NCBI GenBank assembly: GCA_002729095.1 | Contig: PBWC01000058.1 | Location: 30,931 to 94,828 of the forward strand | DNA: 63,898 nucleotides | From: Methanobacteriota archaeon | GTDB lineage: Archaea > Thermoplasmatota > Poseidoniia > Poseidoniales > Poseidoniaceae | Direction of reading: 5' to 3' | Part shown: one piece after another, positions 27,960-38,217 of the stretch | Layout: the number at the start of each line of letters is the position of its first letter | Position numbering within the stretch: position 1 is the stretch's first letter | Program-made: the position numbers and the translations under genes | The notes under the pieces: model-generated | What the model saw: only the letters and a program-made list of their open reading frames with translations | Told to the model about the DNA's origin: nothing | The model's database searches: none

Positions 27960-29687
27960 TCAAGGGTTGATGGCTTGAAAGATTCTTTCAGCTAAGGAAT
28001 TACCGATACCAGGGACAGTTTGCAGATCTTTGATGCTAGCGTGCTCTACTCCTTTTCTACCTCCAAAGTGTCGTAAGAGCGTTTGCATTTTTTTAGCACC
28101 TAATCCTAATACATCTTGCAGAGGATCTTTGATTTTATTTCGATTCCTTTGTTTTCTATGAAATGTATTAACAAATCTATGTGCTTCATCTCTAGCATGA
28201 ACGAGAACTCTTCCATTTCGATTAAGAATTATCGGTTCCATGTCTAATCGAAACAGAGTTTCCTCGCGCTTTGCTATCGCTGCCAGTTCAAATTGCTCAT
28301 CAACCTTGTTTTCTTTCAACATTTGATGGATCGTATTCAGGTGTGTTTCTCCACCATCTAGTAATAGCAAATCAGGCCACTCATCTTGCCTTTTCAACCA
28401 ACGTTCAACAACTTCACTCATCATTCTTAAATCATCAATAGCTTCTCCTTTGACAGTATATCTGCGATATTCTTTCTTCTCAGGTCTCCCATTCCGGAAA
28501 GAAACACTTGCCCCAACTCTGTTTTCACCTATTAATTGTGCCATATCAAAACACACAATATGGTTCAATTTATCCATGCCAAGTAATTCGGCAGCATCAT
28601 TTGCTGCTTTTTGCTCTAGTGAGCCACTAGCCTTATCAAGGAATTTTGATAATTGAGCTTCCGCATTTTGATTCGCCAGATTCTGTAAAGTCACTAAATC
28701 CCCACGTGATGGTGTTCTAACTTCGACCAAAGATTGCCTACGCCCATTCAACCATTCTTTTGCACCCTCAAAAAGAGGTGTTGGAGTTAATAATAACCTG
28801 GGAGGGCATCGATTTTGGTAGTGTGAAGAAACGAACATAGAAACAGTCTCACCAATATCTCCGCGATGAATAATTGGCCAAGCCTCCTGGCCTTTGACAA
28901 CCCCTTCATCGGCATGAAGAACAACTATTGCAGCTAGGTCTCCTCTTGATGCAATTCCTATTGCGTCACAATCACGATAAACCTTGCTTGATACAACATG
29001 TTGACTTGTTGTAATTCTAACAGCACGGATTAAATCACGTTGTTTTGCGGCCTTTTCATATTCTAAATCCACTGAAAATTGGTCCATTTTTTTAGTTAGT
29101 TCATCGATCAAAGCCCCTGCCTTTCCGTCCAGTACTTCAGTCACTACATTTACAATTGTATCATATCCTTCAGGGTCTAAGCATGGACCTTTACACAGGC
29201 CGATGTGCATAGCTAAACATCCGTCTTTACCCTTGCAATCTTTATCTCTAATTCCAAATTGCTTTCTCAATAACTGCATAACTTGTTTAGCAGCATTAGC
29301 ATTAGGGAACGGGCCCCATTTATTTCGGCTTTTTGGCGGGTGCCTGGTATACATTATTCTTGGAAATTCTTCATCAGTTAGAATCAGATAAGGGTATGAT
29401 TTATCATCTTTTAATCTTGAATTAAATCTAGGTTTATGCTCTTTTATCAGTTGTCTTTCTAGAATTAAAGCCTCTTTGGGTGAGGTGGTAATGATGTATT
29501 CAATTTTATCAGACTTTGATACTAATTCAGTGATCATTTTTCTATCAGGATTTGATGAAAAATAAGATCTAACCCGTTCATTAATTCTAGTGGCTTTGCC
29601 AACATATAATACTCTGCCTTGTTCGGTTTTAAAAAGATAAACACCAGCCTTCTTTGGAAATGACTTGGCGTCATAGACCACCGGCAT
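27960..29687 (-). CDS. uvrC: Excinuclease ABC subunit C
   Basis: N-terminal GIY-YIG (GVYLFK...VLYVGKA...RVRSY), a UVR domain region, an Endo V-like domain and a C-terminal helix-hairpin-helix (VPGIGNSLAERI). Confidence 0.9.
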   Translation of the reverse strand: MPVVYDAKSFPKKAGVYLFKTEQGRVLYVGKATRINERVRSYFSSNPDRKMITELVSKSDKIEYIITTSPKEALILERQLIKEHKPRFNSRLKDDKSYPYLILTDEEFPRIMYTRHPPKSRNKWGPFPNANAAKQVMQLLRKQFGIRDKDCKGKDGCLAMHIGLCKGPCLDPEGYDTIVNVVTEVLDGKAGALIDELTKKMDQFSVDLEYEKAAKQRDLIRAVRITTSQHVVSSKVYRDCDAIGIASRGDLAAIVVLHADEGVVKGQEAWPIIHRGDIGETVSMFVSSHYQNRCPPRLLLTPTPLFEGAKEWLNGRRQSLVEVRTPSRGDLVTLQNLANQNAEAQLSKFLDKASGSLEQKAANDAAELLGMDKLNHIVCFDMAQLIGENRVGASVSFRNGRPEKKEYRRYTVKGEAIDDLRMMSEVVERWLKRQDEWPDLLLLDGGETHLNTIHQMLKENKVDEQFELAAIAKREETLFRLDMEPIILNRNGRVLVHARDEAHRFVNTFHRKQRNRNKIKDPLQDVLGLGAKKMQTLLRHFGGRKGVEHASIKDLQTVPGIGNSLAERIFQAINP

Positions 29688-29781
29688 GCCAGTGCGTTAT
29701 CGGCAACACACAAAAGGACAACTATTCATTTTAGATAAACAAAACTTAGTATTATTTGAAAGGGCGTAGTTCTTCCCCTGG

Positions 29782-31989
29782 GTGTTGGCCATGATTTCCT
29801 CCTCGCAAAAAAGGATTCTATCATGGCTAAGCAAGTTCTCTTCGGATTTAGAAAATTCATGGGACGTAACTAGAGATATCTCTCTTCCAGGAATCGCTGA
29901 CGGTCTTGGTGTAGTTCGTTCAGCACTTAATTTACCTTTGAAGAAATTACAACAATCTGAAATGGTATTTAGAAGACAAGCCCATGTTGTGGGTGGAGGG
30001 ACGAGGAAAAGACAGGTTTTTCACATTACTAGCAAAGGTAGAGAATATATTTTAGAGAATCATCCAGTTTCCAAAAAAGAAAAGTCTCAGGGAATTATTT
30101 TTGGAAATCGGCCAATAATGGGTGAAGTAATTGGTAGAGACGATTTAACAAACTCACTTCTAGAAACGTTGGAAAAATCCTCTTTATTGGTTTGTGGATT
30201 ACCCGGAATTGGTAAAACCACTGTAGTTTGTGAACTAAGTGAAAAATTAAGCAGTCAAGGCACAATAGTTAGATGGGCTAATGCAAATGAGTTTAGTGAC
30301 CTATATGATATCTGTAACCAATGGCAATTGTTAGATCCATTACCTCGAGATGATACTGCCTTGCAAGACTTAATCTTGCAGATTACCGAAAACCAAACTT
30401 TGGTAGTAGATGATGTACATTTAATCTCACAAAGACATATTTCCCCGTTTGAGGAGTTATCAAAAAGAATTAATCAATCATCTAAAGCGAGAATTGTATT
30501 TATCGGTAGAGAACCAATGAATAACTTTTCATCATTAGATAAAATTCAAATTTTGCCGCTTGAAGATCAGTATGGAGCACAATTATTGGGCGACGAACAA
30601 AATTTAGATGAAAGGCTTTTGATATCAAAAAGACTCGGAGGTCATCCACTTGCTCTCCAACTATATCAACCAGAATTTGACTTGCCAGAGCAGTCAATAA
30701 ACGTTCAAAGATACGTTGAAGAAATAGTTTTACTGAATTTAGACGAGCAACAGAAAGACTCTCTGAATTTACTTTCAATGGAACCAATTCCAATTTTTTC
30801 TAAAAATTCCTTAGTCAGCGAAAGTATTGGAATATTTGATGAACAGGCACTGTTAAGATGGAGTTCAAATAATTTAAACGTCGAAGTTAATCATTTGATA
30901 AGAAATGTTAGACGTTCATTTTTTGACACAAGCCAACAAAAAAAGCTGCACCAGAAATTATCGGACCATTGGCAAGGCATAACTAGAAATATTCAAGAGG
31001 ATATGATTTTACTTTTCCATCAAATATCTAGCGGTGATCCAAATACGATTGACTTAATCGAAAATCATCTTGATAGTATTTCAACAAATAAATCTAATTT
31101 TCTCGCAGTTTTGATCGAACAGGCTTTAGAACAAAATCCAAACAGTAGTGATTTACATTATTTTGCAGCCAAAGTTGCTGCTCAGAGATGTGAATTATCC
31201 GTGATAAAAAACCATATCGATAAAGTGGATGAAGCAAAAAAGGCTGAATTAAATTTACAGATTGCGATTTTTGAAGGTAGAACACAAGATGCAGAGAGAA
31301 TTTTTTTGCAAAGTTTGGAAGGTCAAGATCCGCATGTTGTCAATAAACTAGCAATCTCTGCAGCATCGAGAAGAATTGATGATAGAATTTTTGATAAAAA
31401 AATCGATGGTGAACAAATTATTGAGGTTAAAAAATATCTTTCAAGAATCGATTTAAATAAAATAAAAAAGGAAATTAAATCTACTGCAGTAATAGCAATA
31501 ACGCTAATTAAACACTCTCTAGCACTTCTTGAAAGCGACATTGAAACCGCTGAGCAGTTATCTTCATCAGTCGGCGAACTTGGCTTGGATGCTGAATCTC
31601 TAATCTTTAATTTACGTTCAAAGGAAATAATATATCGGTTGAAAAACAAAGATGTATCAATTCAAGAAACAATTCAATTTATTGACAAAGCAGTTTCTGT
31701 TCAAGATAACCAGATTTATTCAGATTCTATTAGATTAAATCTTGTTGAAGCATTAATTCCTATCGATTCAAAACTAGCAAGTCAGCAATTTAAATTACTT
31801 TCAAAGCCTAATGATGATTTGAAGTCTGATACTTACTATCGATACACTGCTAGGTGGTGGTTCTGCAAGTCATACATTGAGCCTCAAGAAAAATTAACTT
31901 GCCTTAGAGAATCAATTTCAATTTTCAAAAAAGCAGGTTGTATCAGAGCAGCAAAAAACTTGGAGAGTAGGTTACATTCTTTTATTTAG
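29782..31989 (+). CDS. wHTH - STAND/NB-ARC-like P-loop NTPase - helical (TPR-like) repeat protein
   Basis: N-terminal winged-helix region (ISLPGIADGLGVVRSALNLPLKKLQQSEMV...RKRQVFHITSKG). Walker A GLPGIGKTT (30196..30222) and Walker B LVVDDVH (30400..30420), then about 400 aa of helical repeats. Start is GTG 29782 or ATG 29791. Confidence 0.7.
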   Translation: MLAMISSSQKRILSWLSKFSSDLENSWDVTRDISLPGIADGLGVVRSALNLPLKKLQQSEMVFRRQAHVVGGGTRKRQVFHITSKGREYILENHPVSKKEKSQGIIFGNRPIMGEVIGRDDLTNSLLETLEKSSLLVCGLPGIGKTTVVCELSEKLSSQGTIVRWANANEFSDLYDICNQWQLLDPLPRDDTALQDLILQITENQTLVVDDVHLISQRHISPFEELSKRINQSSKARIVFIGREPMNNFSSLDKIQILPLEDQYGAQLLGDEQNLDERLLISKRLGGHPLALQLYQPEFDLPEQSINVQRYVEEIVLLNLDEQQKDSLNLLSMEPIPIFSKNSLVSESIGIFDEQALLRWSSNNLNVEVNHLIRNVRRSFFDTSQQKKLHQKLSDHWQGITRNIQEDMILLFHQISSGDPNTIDLIENHLDSISTNKSNFLAVLIEQALEQNPNSSDLHYFAAKVAAQRCELSVIKNHIDKVDEAKKAELNLQIAIFEGRTQDAERIFLQSLEGQDPHVVNKLAISAASRRIDDRIFDKKIDGEQIIEVKKYLSRIDLNKIKKEIKSTAVIAITLIKHSLALLESDIETAEQLSSSVGELGLDAESLIFNLRSKEIIYRLKNKDVSIQETIQFIDKAVSVQDNQIYSDSIRLNLVEALIPIDSKLASQQFKLLSKPNDDLKSDTYYRYTARWWFCKSYIEPQEKLTCLRESISIFKKAGCIRAAKNLESRLHSFI

Positions 31990-32219
31990 AGTTCTGCACC
32001 AATCAAAGTTTTAGTGTCCGCAATTCCATCCATAGGTCGAATCTGCTCTACAATACACCGAGTCAATTGAAACTCATCGTCAGCTTGAACTCTGGCAATA
32101 AGATCATATTCACCAAATAGCATCCATCCAGATGTCACAAATTCAATTTTTTCAAGGTTGTCTCGGACCGTTTTTTCTTGTCCGGGTTTAGTCGTTATCA
32201 ATACAAATCCTATAGCCAT
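31986..32219 (-). CDS. Stand-alone Lrp/AsnC ligand-binding (RAM) domain protein
   Basis: 77 aa. The pattern FVLITTKPGQEK...FGEYDLIARV...IADTKTLI is typical of the AsnC_trans_reg domain without the HTH. Confidence 0.8.
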   Translation of the reverse strand: MAIGFVLITTKPGQEKTVRDNLEKIEFVTSGWMLFGEYDLIARVQADDEFQLTRCIVEQIRPMDGIADTKTLIGAEL

Positions 32220-32228
32220 AAATTCACC

Positions 32229-32462
32229 TCAATAATCCACTGCAATCAATGTTTGAGTATCCTTTATACCCTCGATTTGCCTAAATTCAGTCATCAACAT
32301 TCTAGAAAGTGTGGCAGACTCTTGAGCACTAATTCTTACGATTAAGTCATACTCTCCATACAATGCGTGAACCTCTGATACTGACTCATGATTGGTAAGT
32401 GCAAGATATACATCCCTCTCTTTAGATGGAAGGGTCTTGAAAAGCACAAATGCTTCGGGCAT
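32229..32462 (-). CDS. Stand-alone Lrp/AsnC ligand-binding (RAM) domain protein (paralogue of the adjacent gene)
   Basis: 77 aa with FVLFKTLPSKER...YGEYDLIVRI...IKDTQTLI. Lies 9 nt upstream of its paralogue. Confidence 0.8.
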   Translation of the reverse strand: MPEAFVLFKTLPSKERDVYLALTNHESVSEVHALYGEYDLIVRISAQESATLSRMLMTEFRQIEGIKDTQTLIAVDY

Positions 32463-32571
32463 ATTGTGTCCACATGAACTCGATTATTATCACTTACTGA
32501 GCCAATATAAGATTAAAAAACCCGTCCAAGTATACGAACCTTTGAAGAGCATCACACGCCTAACCACTATT

Positions 32572-35500
32572 ATGCAGGCTGGCAAATACTCCCAGATGGT
32601 GGTTTTTGCGGTTCTATTCATTCTTTTGTCAGTGCCATTTTCTTCTGTAATAGAGAATAATGAAAAACAAGAAATTAATCTTGAAAATTACTCAAATACC
32701 ATTGGCCGCTCACAGATTACTTGGAGTGGAGTTATTGAACTATCAAATTCATTTACAATTAATGTCACCGAAGAATTAGTCATATCTCCATGTACAGTAG
32801 TAAAGATGTCTCCAAACATTAGGATTTATGTCGAAGGCAGAATCACAGCACAAGGTACAACTAATTGTCCCGTAATTTTTTCTCAATTAAACAGCGGTTT
32901 ACACAATGGCATACAATTCAATTCTAGTTCTATCGGAAGAGGATCTATCATTGACAATATCACTATAGAAGACTCGGTTTATGGAATCACTGCATATGGC
33001 TCAAATCCCAGAATCAATAATATTACAATTATCAATCCTTCAAGGGTTGGAATCGATTTATTTTCAAATTCAGCACCAATCATTCATGATTTATACATTG
33101 ATCAAGCTGGACGTGAAGTTAGTTATTCTGATTGGAGATATGGATTAGGAGTATCAGTTGGTGCAGGTTCCACTCCAATTTTAGAAGGCGCATACATGAC
33201 CGATTTGAGACTTAGAGGACTGAATTTATGGGGTTCTTCAGGGGGAATCTTTAGAGATATAGTAATCGATAATGTGACTTCCGATGGAGGAAACGCATTA
33301 TCAGCAGGAGTTTGGGTCGAGGATAGTCAACCTTTGTTAACAAACATAAGCGTAGACAAAGCAGATTATGGAATCCTAGTTCGACATATAGACGATGGTT
33401 CTTTTACTAGGGCAGTAGTTAGAGACTGTGTAGTGTCTAACTCCATGTATCGCGGAATTTATTTGGATAAGGCAAACCACACTAATTATACCAATTATGA
33501 AACGGCAGATTTTACCAACACTACTGTACGCGGAACTGGCGGAAGTGGTGCTAAAACTGCGAATATTGGTTACGCTGCAATAGAAGTAAATGCCACAGGC
33601 GCTTGGTTTGAAAATACCTTGGTTGAAGATTCTACAACAGTTGGAGTAAGGTTGTTTTTAGTAGACTCATCTACTACATTTAGAAATCTAACTGTGAAAA
33701 ATTCAGGAGACCCTGGTCAAGGAGCCCATGAGGCCGGTATTGCGATTAGTTCGTCATTTTTTGCACCTAATTTCGATGGATTAGAGATATCAGGATCTGT
33801 AGGGCCTGCAATACATTCCTCTTCAGGAGGCTCGATGCAAGGTACTGACTGGTTCCTACATAATAATTCCAAGCAAGGATTATTTGTCGATTCTTCTACT
33901 TTAATCATCGAAGATTTACATTTCAATGATAATGGGTTTTCCGGAGCCCATATTTTTGATTCTCGCTATGTTACTCTATCCAATCTAAGTGCTCAAGGAA
34001 ATGGTCTATTAGGTATATCGGACAGTGAAAAGGCTGGAATTTATTTTGAAAAATCAAATGATTTGGAATCAAATTCTGGAGATATTACCTGTAATAGCTG
34101 TACTGTTAAATCATCTACAGGTTCTGGAATTTTGGTCAAGGATTCGGTTGATTTATGGTTAAATAACATAGAACTAGATGACAATAATCCTTCTTACACC
34201 CCACTTTTAATCGATAATAGCGGATTAAATTTACAACAGCAGGGAGGTAGAGTCAACCTTCACGATATTCTAGTAAAAACAGAGAGAGTAGGAACAGATT
34301 TAGGTCCCGCAATGGAGATTAATAAGGCGGCTGCAAATATCGATTTACTGATTATGAGTGGTAATCACTCAGGTTTGGTTTGGAATGCAGATAATAATGG
34401 AAATTATAATTCCAGTATGAGCAGAGTTCAGTTTTCAGGGTCTTCGTGTTTAGTTCTTAGCGATCATACTGATTTGTCCGGTAGTGATAATTCAATCACA
34501 CCTGAGTGTACCGGTTCTTTGATATTTCAGAATAGTGATGTTAACTGGTCTGGGCTAGTCGATTTAACATCTTCAACAGTTCTCAATTTGGATTCACTAT
34601 CTTCACTGCATTTACATCAACCTAGTCAAATAGACTTCTCAAGTGCCATTATCGCCCCTTCAGCGAAAATTGATTTAGCTTGGGATGTTGATGTTTGGGT
34701 CATAAACAATAACTCGAATGGTGTACCACAATCAATAGTTGACGTTACTTTTGATCAATTCGAGATACCAGTTCAAGAGCTTACTAATGAAATCGGATTC
34801 ATTTCATTTCCAAATTTTATAGGTCAGCGTTGGACTCAATCAGGCCCTTCTTCACAAACTACCGCAACTATTACTTGTAATTATGATGGTATTTCCAATA
34901 GCAGTTCAGTGACATTGGACCAAAATCGCATAATTTACTGCTCGTTGCCTCTGGGTAATCAACCACCATTCCTGAATTGGGATACGCCAGTTGATATGGA
35001 AATATTTCCTAGCGCTTCAGTTGTAGAATTCAATGCTAGTAGTTCATGGGATTTAGATGACGACCCTTTGACTTGGGAGTGGACATCTTCAATCGATGGG
35101 TTGATTGGCTCAGAATCAAATTTTTCTGTTAATGAGCTAGGCTCATCACAGGTTTTGAGCGATGGTGTTCACACTATTACCGCCAAAGTTTGCGATGATT
35201 CTGGACACTGCGTACAACAAAGTAGAATGATTGAATTGGTAAATCAAAAACCAATTCTAGTTGTTTCTTTTGAACCGGGTTTAGATCAATGGAATATTCT
35301 TAATATTCCGAGAACAGGTACATTAGAAATTAATTTGAATGGCTCATATGACCCTGAAGGAGATACTCTATTTTGCTGGTTTACGACTTCATATGGACTC
35401 CAGTACCCTCAAGACACCTCACAAAGTTGTTCAAATCTTTTCAATTACACTTTCCCTCTAACCTCAACCCCGGACAATCCAATTCCATCGTCCGATTTCT

Positions 35501-37341
35501 TCTCACTATCAATTTGGCTTGATGATGGTGTAAATTCTCCAGTTGAGTGGGAATTCGGAGTAGAATTGTATAATGAAATCCCCACTCCAATATTTACCGT
35601 TTCTCGAGATTCAAACTTCAGTGAAAGCATTGTAACTTTGGACGGTTCCTCAACAATAGATCCAGAGGGTGATAATCTTGAAATTGAATTTTGGTCTAGT
35701 CTTGACGGTATTTTACAATGGTCCGACGAGGAGTCTGGAAAGGTTTGGCAAGGTCACTTATCTCGAGGTTTTCACAATATAGAAATGCGAGTTACTGATG
35801 ATAGACCAGAACACATCAATAATACAGAAGTTACTTCTGTACAACTCAATGTCGATAATTCATTTCCAAAATCCATCATTTCCTATCCTGTTACTTCACA
35901 AACCTATGATTCATCCGAATTAATCCAATTTTCAGCTAATGGTTCAGGAGATTATGATGCAGAATGTAGTACATTCCCTTCATCTGGATATTGGCACTGT
36001 GCGAGTATCGAGCCATTCTTTGGTTCTGAATATCTAATTGTTTCTTGGACAAGTGATATTGACGGAAGATTGACTCCTCAAGATAAGGATTGGCTAAATT
36101 TTGAGGGAAGATTGTCTGCTGGCACACATGTTCTTACTTTATCTTTGGATGATGGAATTCATGAACCTGTAGAATCATCAATTACGGTACAAGTGGTTTC
36201 TTCTGCTCCTGTTTTAGAACTTTCAACCCCAATAGATGGAAAATTCTACAACTCATCGGATTATATTTTCTGGAATGCTATTAATTCTAAAGACTATGAT
36301 GGAGATAATTTTACTATGACGGTAAGGAGTAACCAATTGGATGAACCATTATTAGATTCAGTATCTACTTCCCAAACTCATATTTCGCAATTACCGGCAG
36401 GAGTTCACTCAATCGAAATTGAGTTAACCGATGAAACAGGAAAGTCTAGTTCAAATTTCTTAACCTTGTTTGTAGAAACGTCTAAACCCAATGCGAATAT
36501 TATCTCACCGATAAATCTCCAATCATTTGCAGGAGGAGAGGAAATTATTCTCGAAGAAGACTCTTATGATGCAGATAATGATATTACATTTAGAGAATGG
36601 CAGATTACTTCTGTTGGTGATATATTACCATCCCAATCACTTTCTTCCAGCATAGAAAAAATCACCCTCGCTCCTGGCGATTATGATATTAAATTAATCA
36701 TAAGAGATAGCCAAGGGTATCAAAATATAGAGCAGGTCAGAATTACTGTTGAGAATACAGATCCTGAATTCGATGAGCAATCATTGATATTATCTACTAA
36801 TGAAATGACTACAGGTGAATTGGTTTTATTTGAAGTGAGTGTTATTCTAATAGATGCCGATGGTACCACTCAAGACGTATATGCTACATTGACTCACAAA
36901 TTACAGATATGGAATTTCAATCTAAGTTATGATCAAAACGAGGATAGATGGAAAGGAAGTGTAAAGGTTAGACCTGATGAATCAGGTCGTCCGAGTTTGA
37001 AAATTACTGCTAAGGACGGAGTTGGCGATGATGCTAATATCGACCAAATCTCTAGAACCATAACTGTTGTTGATGTGGAGCAAAATAGTTCGTCAGTAGT
37101 GCTAATTGGTGGCGGAATTGGAATTATAGTGTTCATCGTAGTTATCTCAATGTTTGCTATTAGACGAAGAAGGCAGTTAGATGAAATTGAACTTCTCGAG
37201 TCATGGGATTCTTTTGGTAAAAAACCAAAGATAGATACTGATCCGGAATTGGTTTCGCAACTAGAAGGTGGGATTATTGATGGCGCAGTTGAAGTCCAAA
37301 AAGAACAAGATAGATTTGATGTTGAAGATATTCTAGAATGA
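32572..37341 (+). CDS. Giant surface protein: right-handed beta-helix (PbH1-type) region, multiple PKD/Ig-like domains, C-terminal TM helix and acidic tail
   Basis: I start it at ATG 32572 (MQAGKYSQMVVFAVLFILLSVPFSS is a signal peptide), because the track ORF start at 32392 overlaps the RAM gene. Beta-helix repeats such as NITIEDSVYGITAYGSNPRINNITIINPSRVGIDL. Repeated PKD-like units (e.g. FNASSSWDLDDDPLTWEWTSSIDG...GVHTITAKVCDDSG). TM helix VLIGGGIGIIVFIVVISMFAI followed by RRRRQ. Confidence 0.8.
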   Translation: MQAGKYSQMVVFAVLFILLSVPFSSVIENNEKQEINLENYSNTIGRSQITWSGVIELSNSFTINVTEELVISPCTVVKMSPNIRIYVEGRITAQGTTNCPVIFSQLNSGLHNGIQFNSSSIGRGSIIDNITIEDSVYGITAYGSNPRINNITIINPSRVGIDLFSNSAPIIHDLYIDQAGREVSYSDWRYGLGVSVGAGSTPILEGAYMTDLRLRGLNLWGSSGGIFRDIVIDNVTSDGGNALSAGVWVEDSQPLLTNISVDKADYGILVRHIDDGSFTRAVVRDCVVSNSMYRGIYLDKANHTNYTNYETADFTNTTVRGTGGSGAKTANIGYAAIEVNATGAWFENTLVEDSTTVGVRLFLVDSSTTFRNLTVKNSGDPGQGAHEAGIAISSSFFAPNFDGLEISGSVGPAIHSSSGGSMQGTDWFLHNNSKQGLFVDSSTLIIEDLHFNDNGFSGAHIFDSRYVTLSNLSAQGNGLLGISDSEKAGIYFEKSNDLESNSGDITCNSCTVKSSTGSGILVKDSVDLWLNNIELDDNNPSYTPLLIDNSGLNLQQQGGRVNLHDILVKTERVGTDLGPAMEINKAAANIDLLIMSGNHSGLVWNADNNGNYNSSMSRVQFSGSSCLVLSDHTDLSGSDNSITPECTGSLIFQNSDVNWSGLVDLTSSTVLNLDSLSSLHLHQPSQIDFSSAIIAPSAKIDLAWDVDVWVINNNSNGVPQSIVDVTFDQFEIPVQELTNEIGFISFPNFIGQRWTQSGPSSQTTATITCNYDGISNSSSVTLDQNRIIYCSLPLGNQPPFLNWDTPVDMEIFPSASVVEFNASSSWDLDDDPLTWEWTSSIDGLIGSESNFSVNELGSSQVLSDGVHTITAKVCDDSGHCVQQSRMIELVNQKPILVVSFEPGLDQWNILNIPRTGTLEINLNGSYDPEGDTLFCWFTTSYGLQYPQDTSQSCSNLFNYTFPLTSTPDNPIPSSDFFSLSIWLDDGVNSPVEWEFGVELYNEIPTPIFTVSRDSNFSESIVTLDGSSTIDPEGDNLEIEFWSSLDGILQWSDEESGKVWQGHLSRGFHNIEMRVTDDRPEHINNTEVTSVQLNVDNSFPKSIISYPVTSQTYDSSELIQFSANGSGDYDAECSTFPSSGYWHCASIEPFFGSEYLIVSWTSDIDGRLTPQDKDWLNFEGRLSAGTHVLTLSLDDGIHEPVESSITVQVVSSAPVLELSTPIDGKFYNSSDYIFWNAINSKDYDGDNFTMTVRSNQLDEPLLDSVSTSQTHISQLPAGVHSIEIELTDETGKSSSNFLTLFVETSKPNANIISPINLQSFAGGEEIILEEDSYDADNDITFREWQITSVGDILPSQSLSSSIEKITLAPGDYDIKLIIRDSQGYQNIEQVRITVENTDPEFDEQSLILSTNEMTTGELVLFEVSVILIDADGTTQDVYATLTHKLQIWNFNLSYDQNEDRWKGSVKVRPDESGRPSLKITAKDGVGDDANIDQISRTITVVDVEQNSSSVVLIGGGIGIIVFIVVISMFAIRRRRQLDEIELLESWDSFGKKPKIDTDPELVSQLEGGIIDGAVEVQKEQDRFDVEDILE

Positions 37342-38112
37342 TTACTGTTCGGGTAAATCATTGTTAATAGAGTCAGGATTAGAACTTCTACCTCCCCAAG
37401 GAGTTTTGGTCCTGTTTAGACCAAACCTCTTAGCAAAGAGGAACTTAAAATTCTTCCATCCATCTCCCCAAGTGTGTATTTCAGCATCGCCTACTCGCGG
37501 ACGATAGGGGACTGAAATTTCAATTGCTTTTTTCCTTCCAAGATGCTTTCTAGCCAAGATTTTAATCTCTTCAGATAATGGCATTCCATCATTTGTAGGC
37601 TTCATTTTTTCATTGTTGAAAATGGATTTTCTAAAAACCCACATTCCAGATTGAGAGTCTTTTATCCCATATCCAAACAATAGTCTTGCAGTAAATGACA
37701 ATGCCCAGTTACCAAAGCCATGTAAGCCTGACATAGAGCCGCTTTCAGCCAATGATAATCTGTCGCATGTAATAAAATCTAAATCATCATCTAGAAGTCT
37801 CTTAACTAGTTTAGGAACCAGTTCAGCTGGATAGGTACAATCAGCATCCATAGTTACAATGATGTCATTTTTGGCAACATCGAAACCAGTTCTATAGGCT
37901 CTTCCGTAGCCTTTACGGTCTTCTAAATGAACTCTAATTCCCTTTTTCAAGGCTAATTCTCTGGTTTTATCTGTTGAATTGCCATCAACAATCATTATCT
38001 CCAAATCTTTACACCAACCTGTCGGAATAGATTCTACAGTAGGCACGATGGCTTCTTCTTCATTCCTAGTAGGAAGAATGACTGTGACAGTCACTGGTAG
38101 TAAATCGGCCAT
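37342..38112 (-). CDS. Family 2 glycosyltransferase (dolichyl-phosphate hexose synthase-like)
   Basis: Motifs VILPTRNEEEAI, IVDGNSTD and DADCTYP. I start it at ATG 38112 (MADLLPVTV) rather than the track start at 38223. Confidence 0.85.
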   Translation of the reverse strand: MADLLPVTVTVILPTRNEEEAIVPTVESIPTGWCKDLEIMIVDGNSTDKTRELALKKGIRVHLEDRKGYGRAYRTGFDVAKNDIIVTMDADCTYPAELVPKLVKRLLDDDLDFITCDRLSLAESGSMSGLHGFGNWALSFTARLLFGYGIKDSQSGMWVFRKSIFNNEKMKPTNDGMPLSEEIKILARKHLGRKKAIEISVPYRPRVGDAEIHTWGDGWKNFKFLFAKRFGLNRTKTPWGGRSSNPDSINNDLPEQ

Positions 38113-38217
38113 AACCTTCCGAAATAGCGAACAGTATTGAAAGCATTGGCTTAAATATTCAATAATACAACTCCAATTATGGAGACATTGAAACGCTGAA
38201 CCCGTGTCGTCAGTACA

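Noticed and set aside
32392-32571. N-terminal 60-codon extension of the giant beta-helix ORF
   Set aside because: The extension overlaps the RAM-domain gene on the other strand and has no signal peptide. ATG 32572 begins a textbook signal sequence, so the shorter start was adopted.
36933-37361. Minus-strand 142-aa ORF overlapping the 3' end of the giant beta-helix/PKD gene
   Set aside because: It is Ser/Ile-rich antisense to a well-supported CDS, and it would also overlap the GT2 gene end. It has no motifs.
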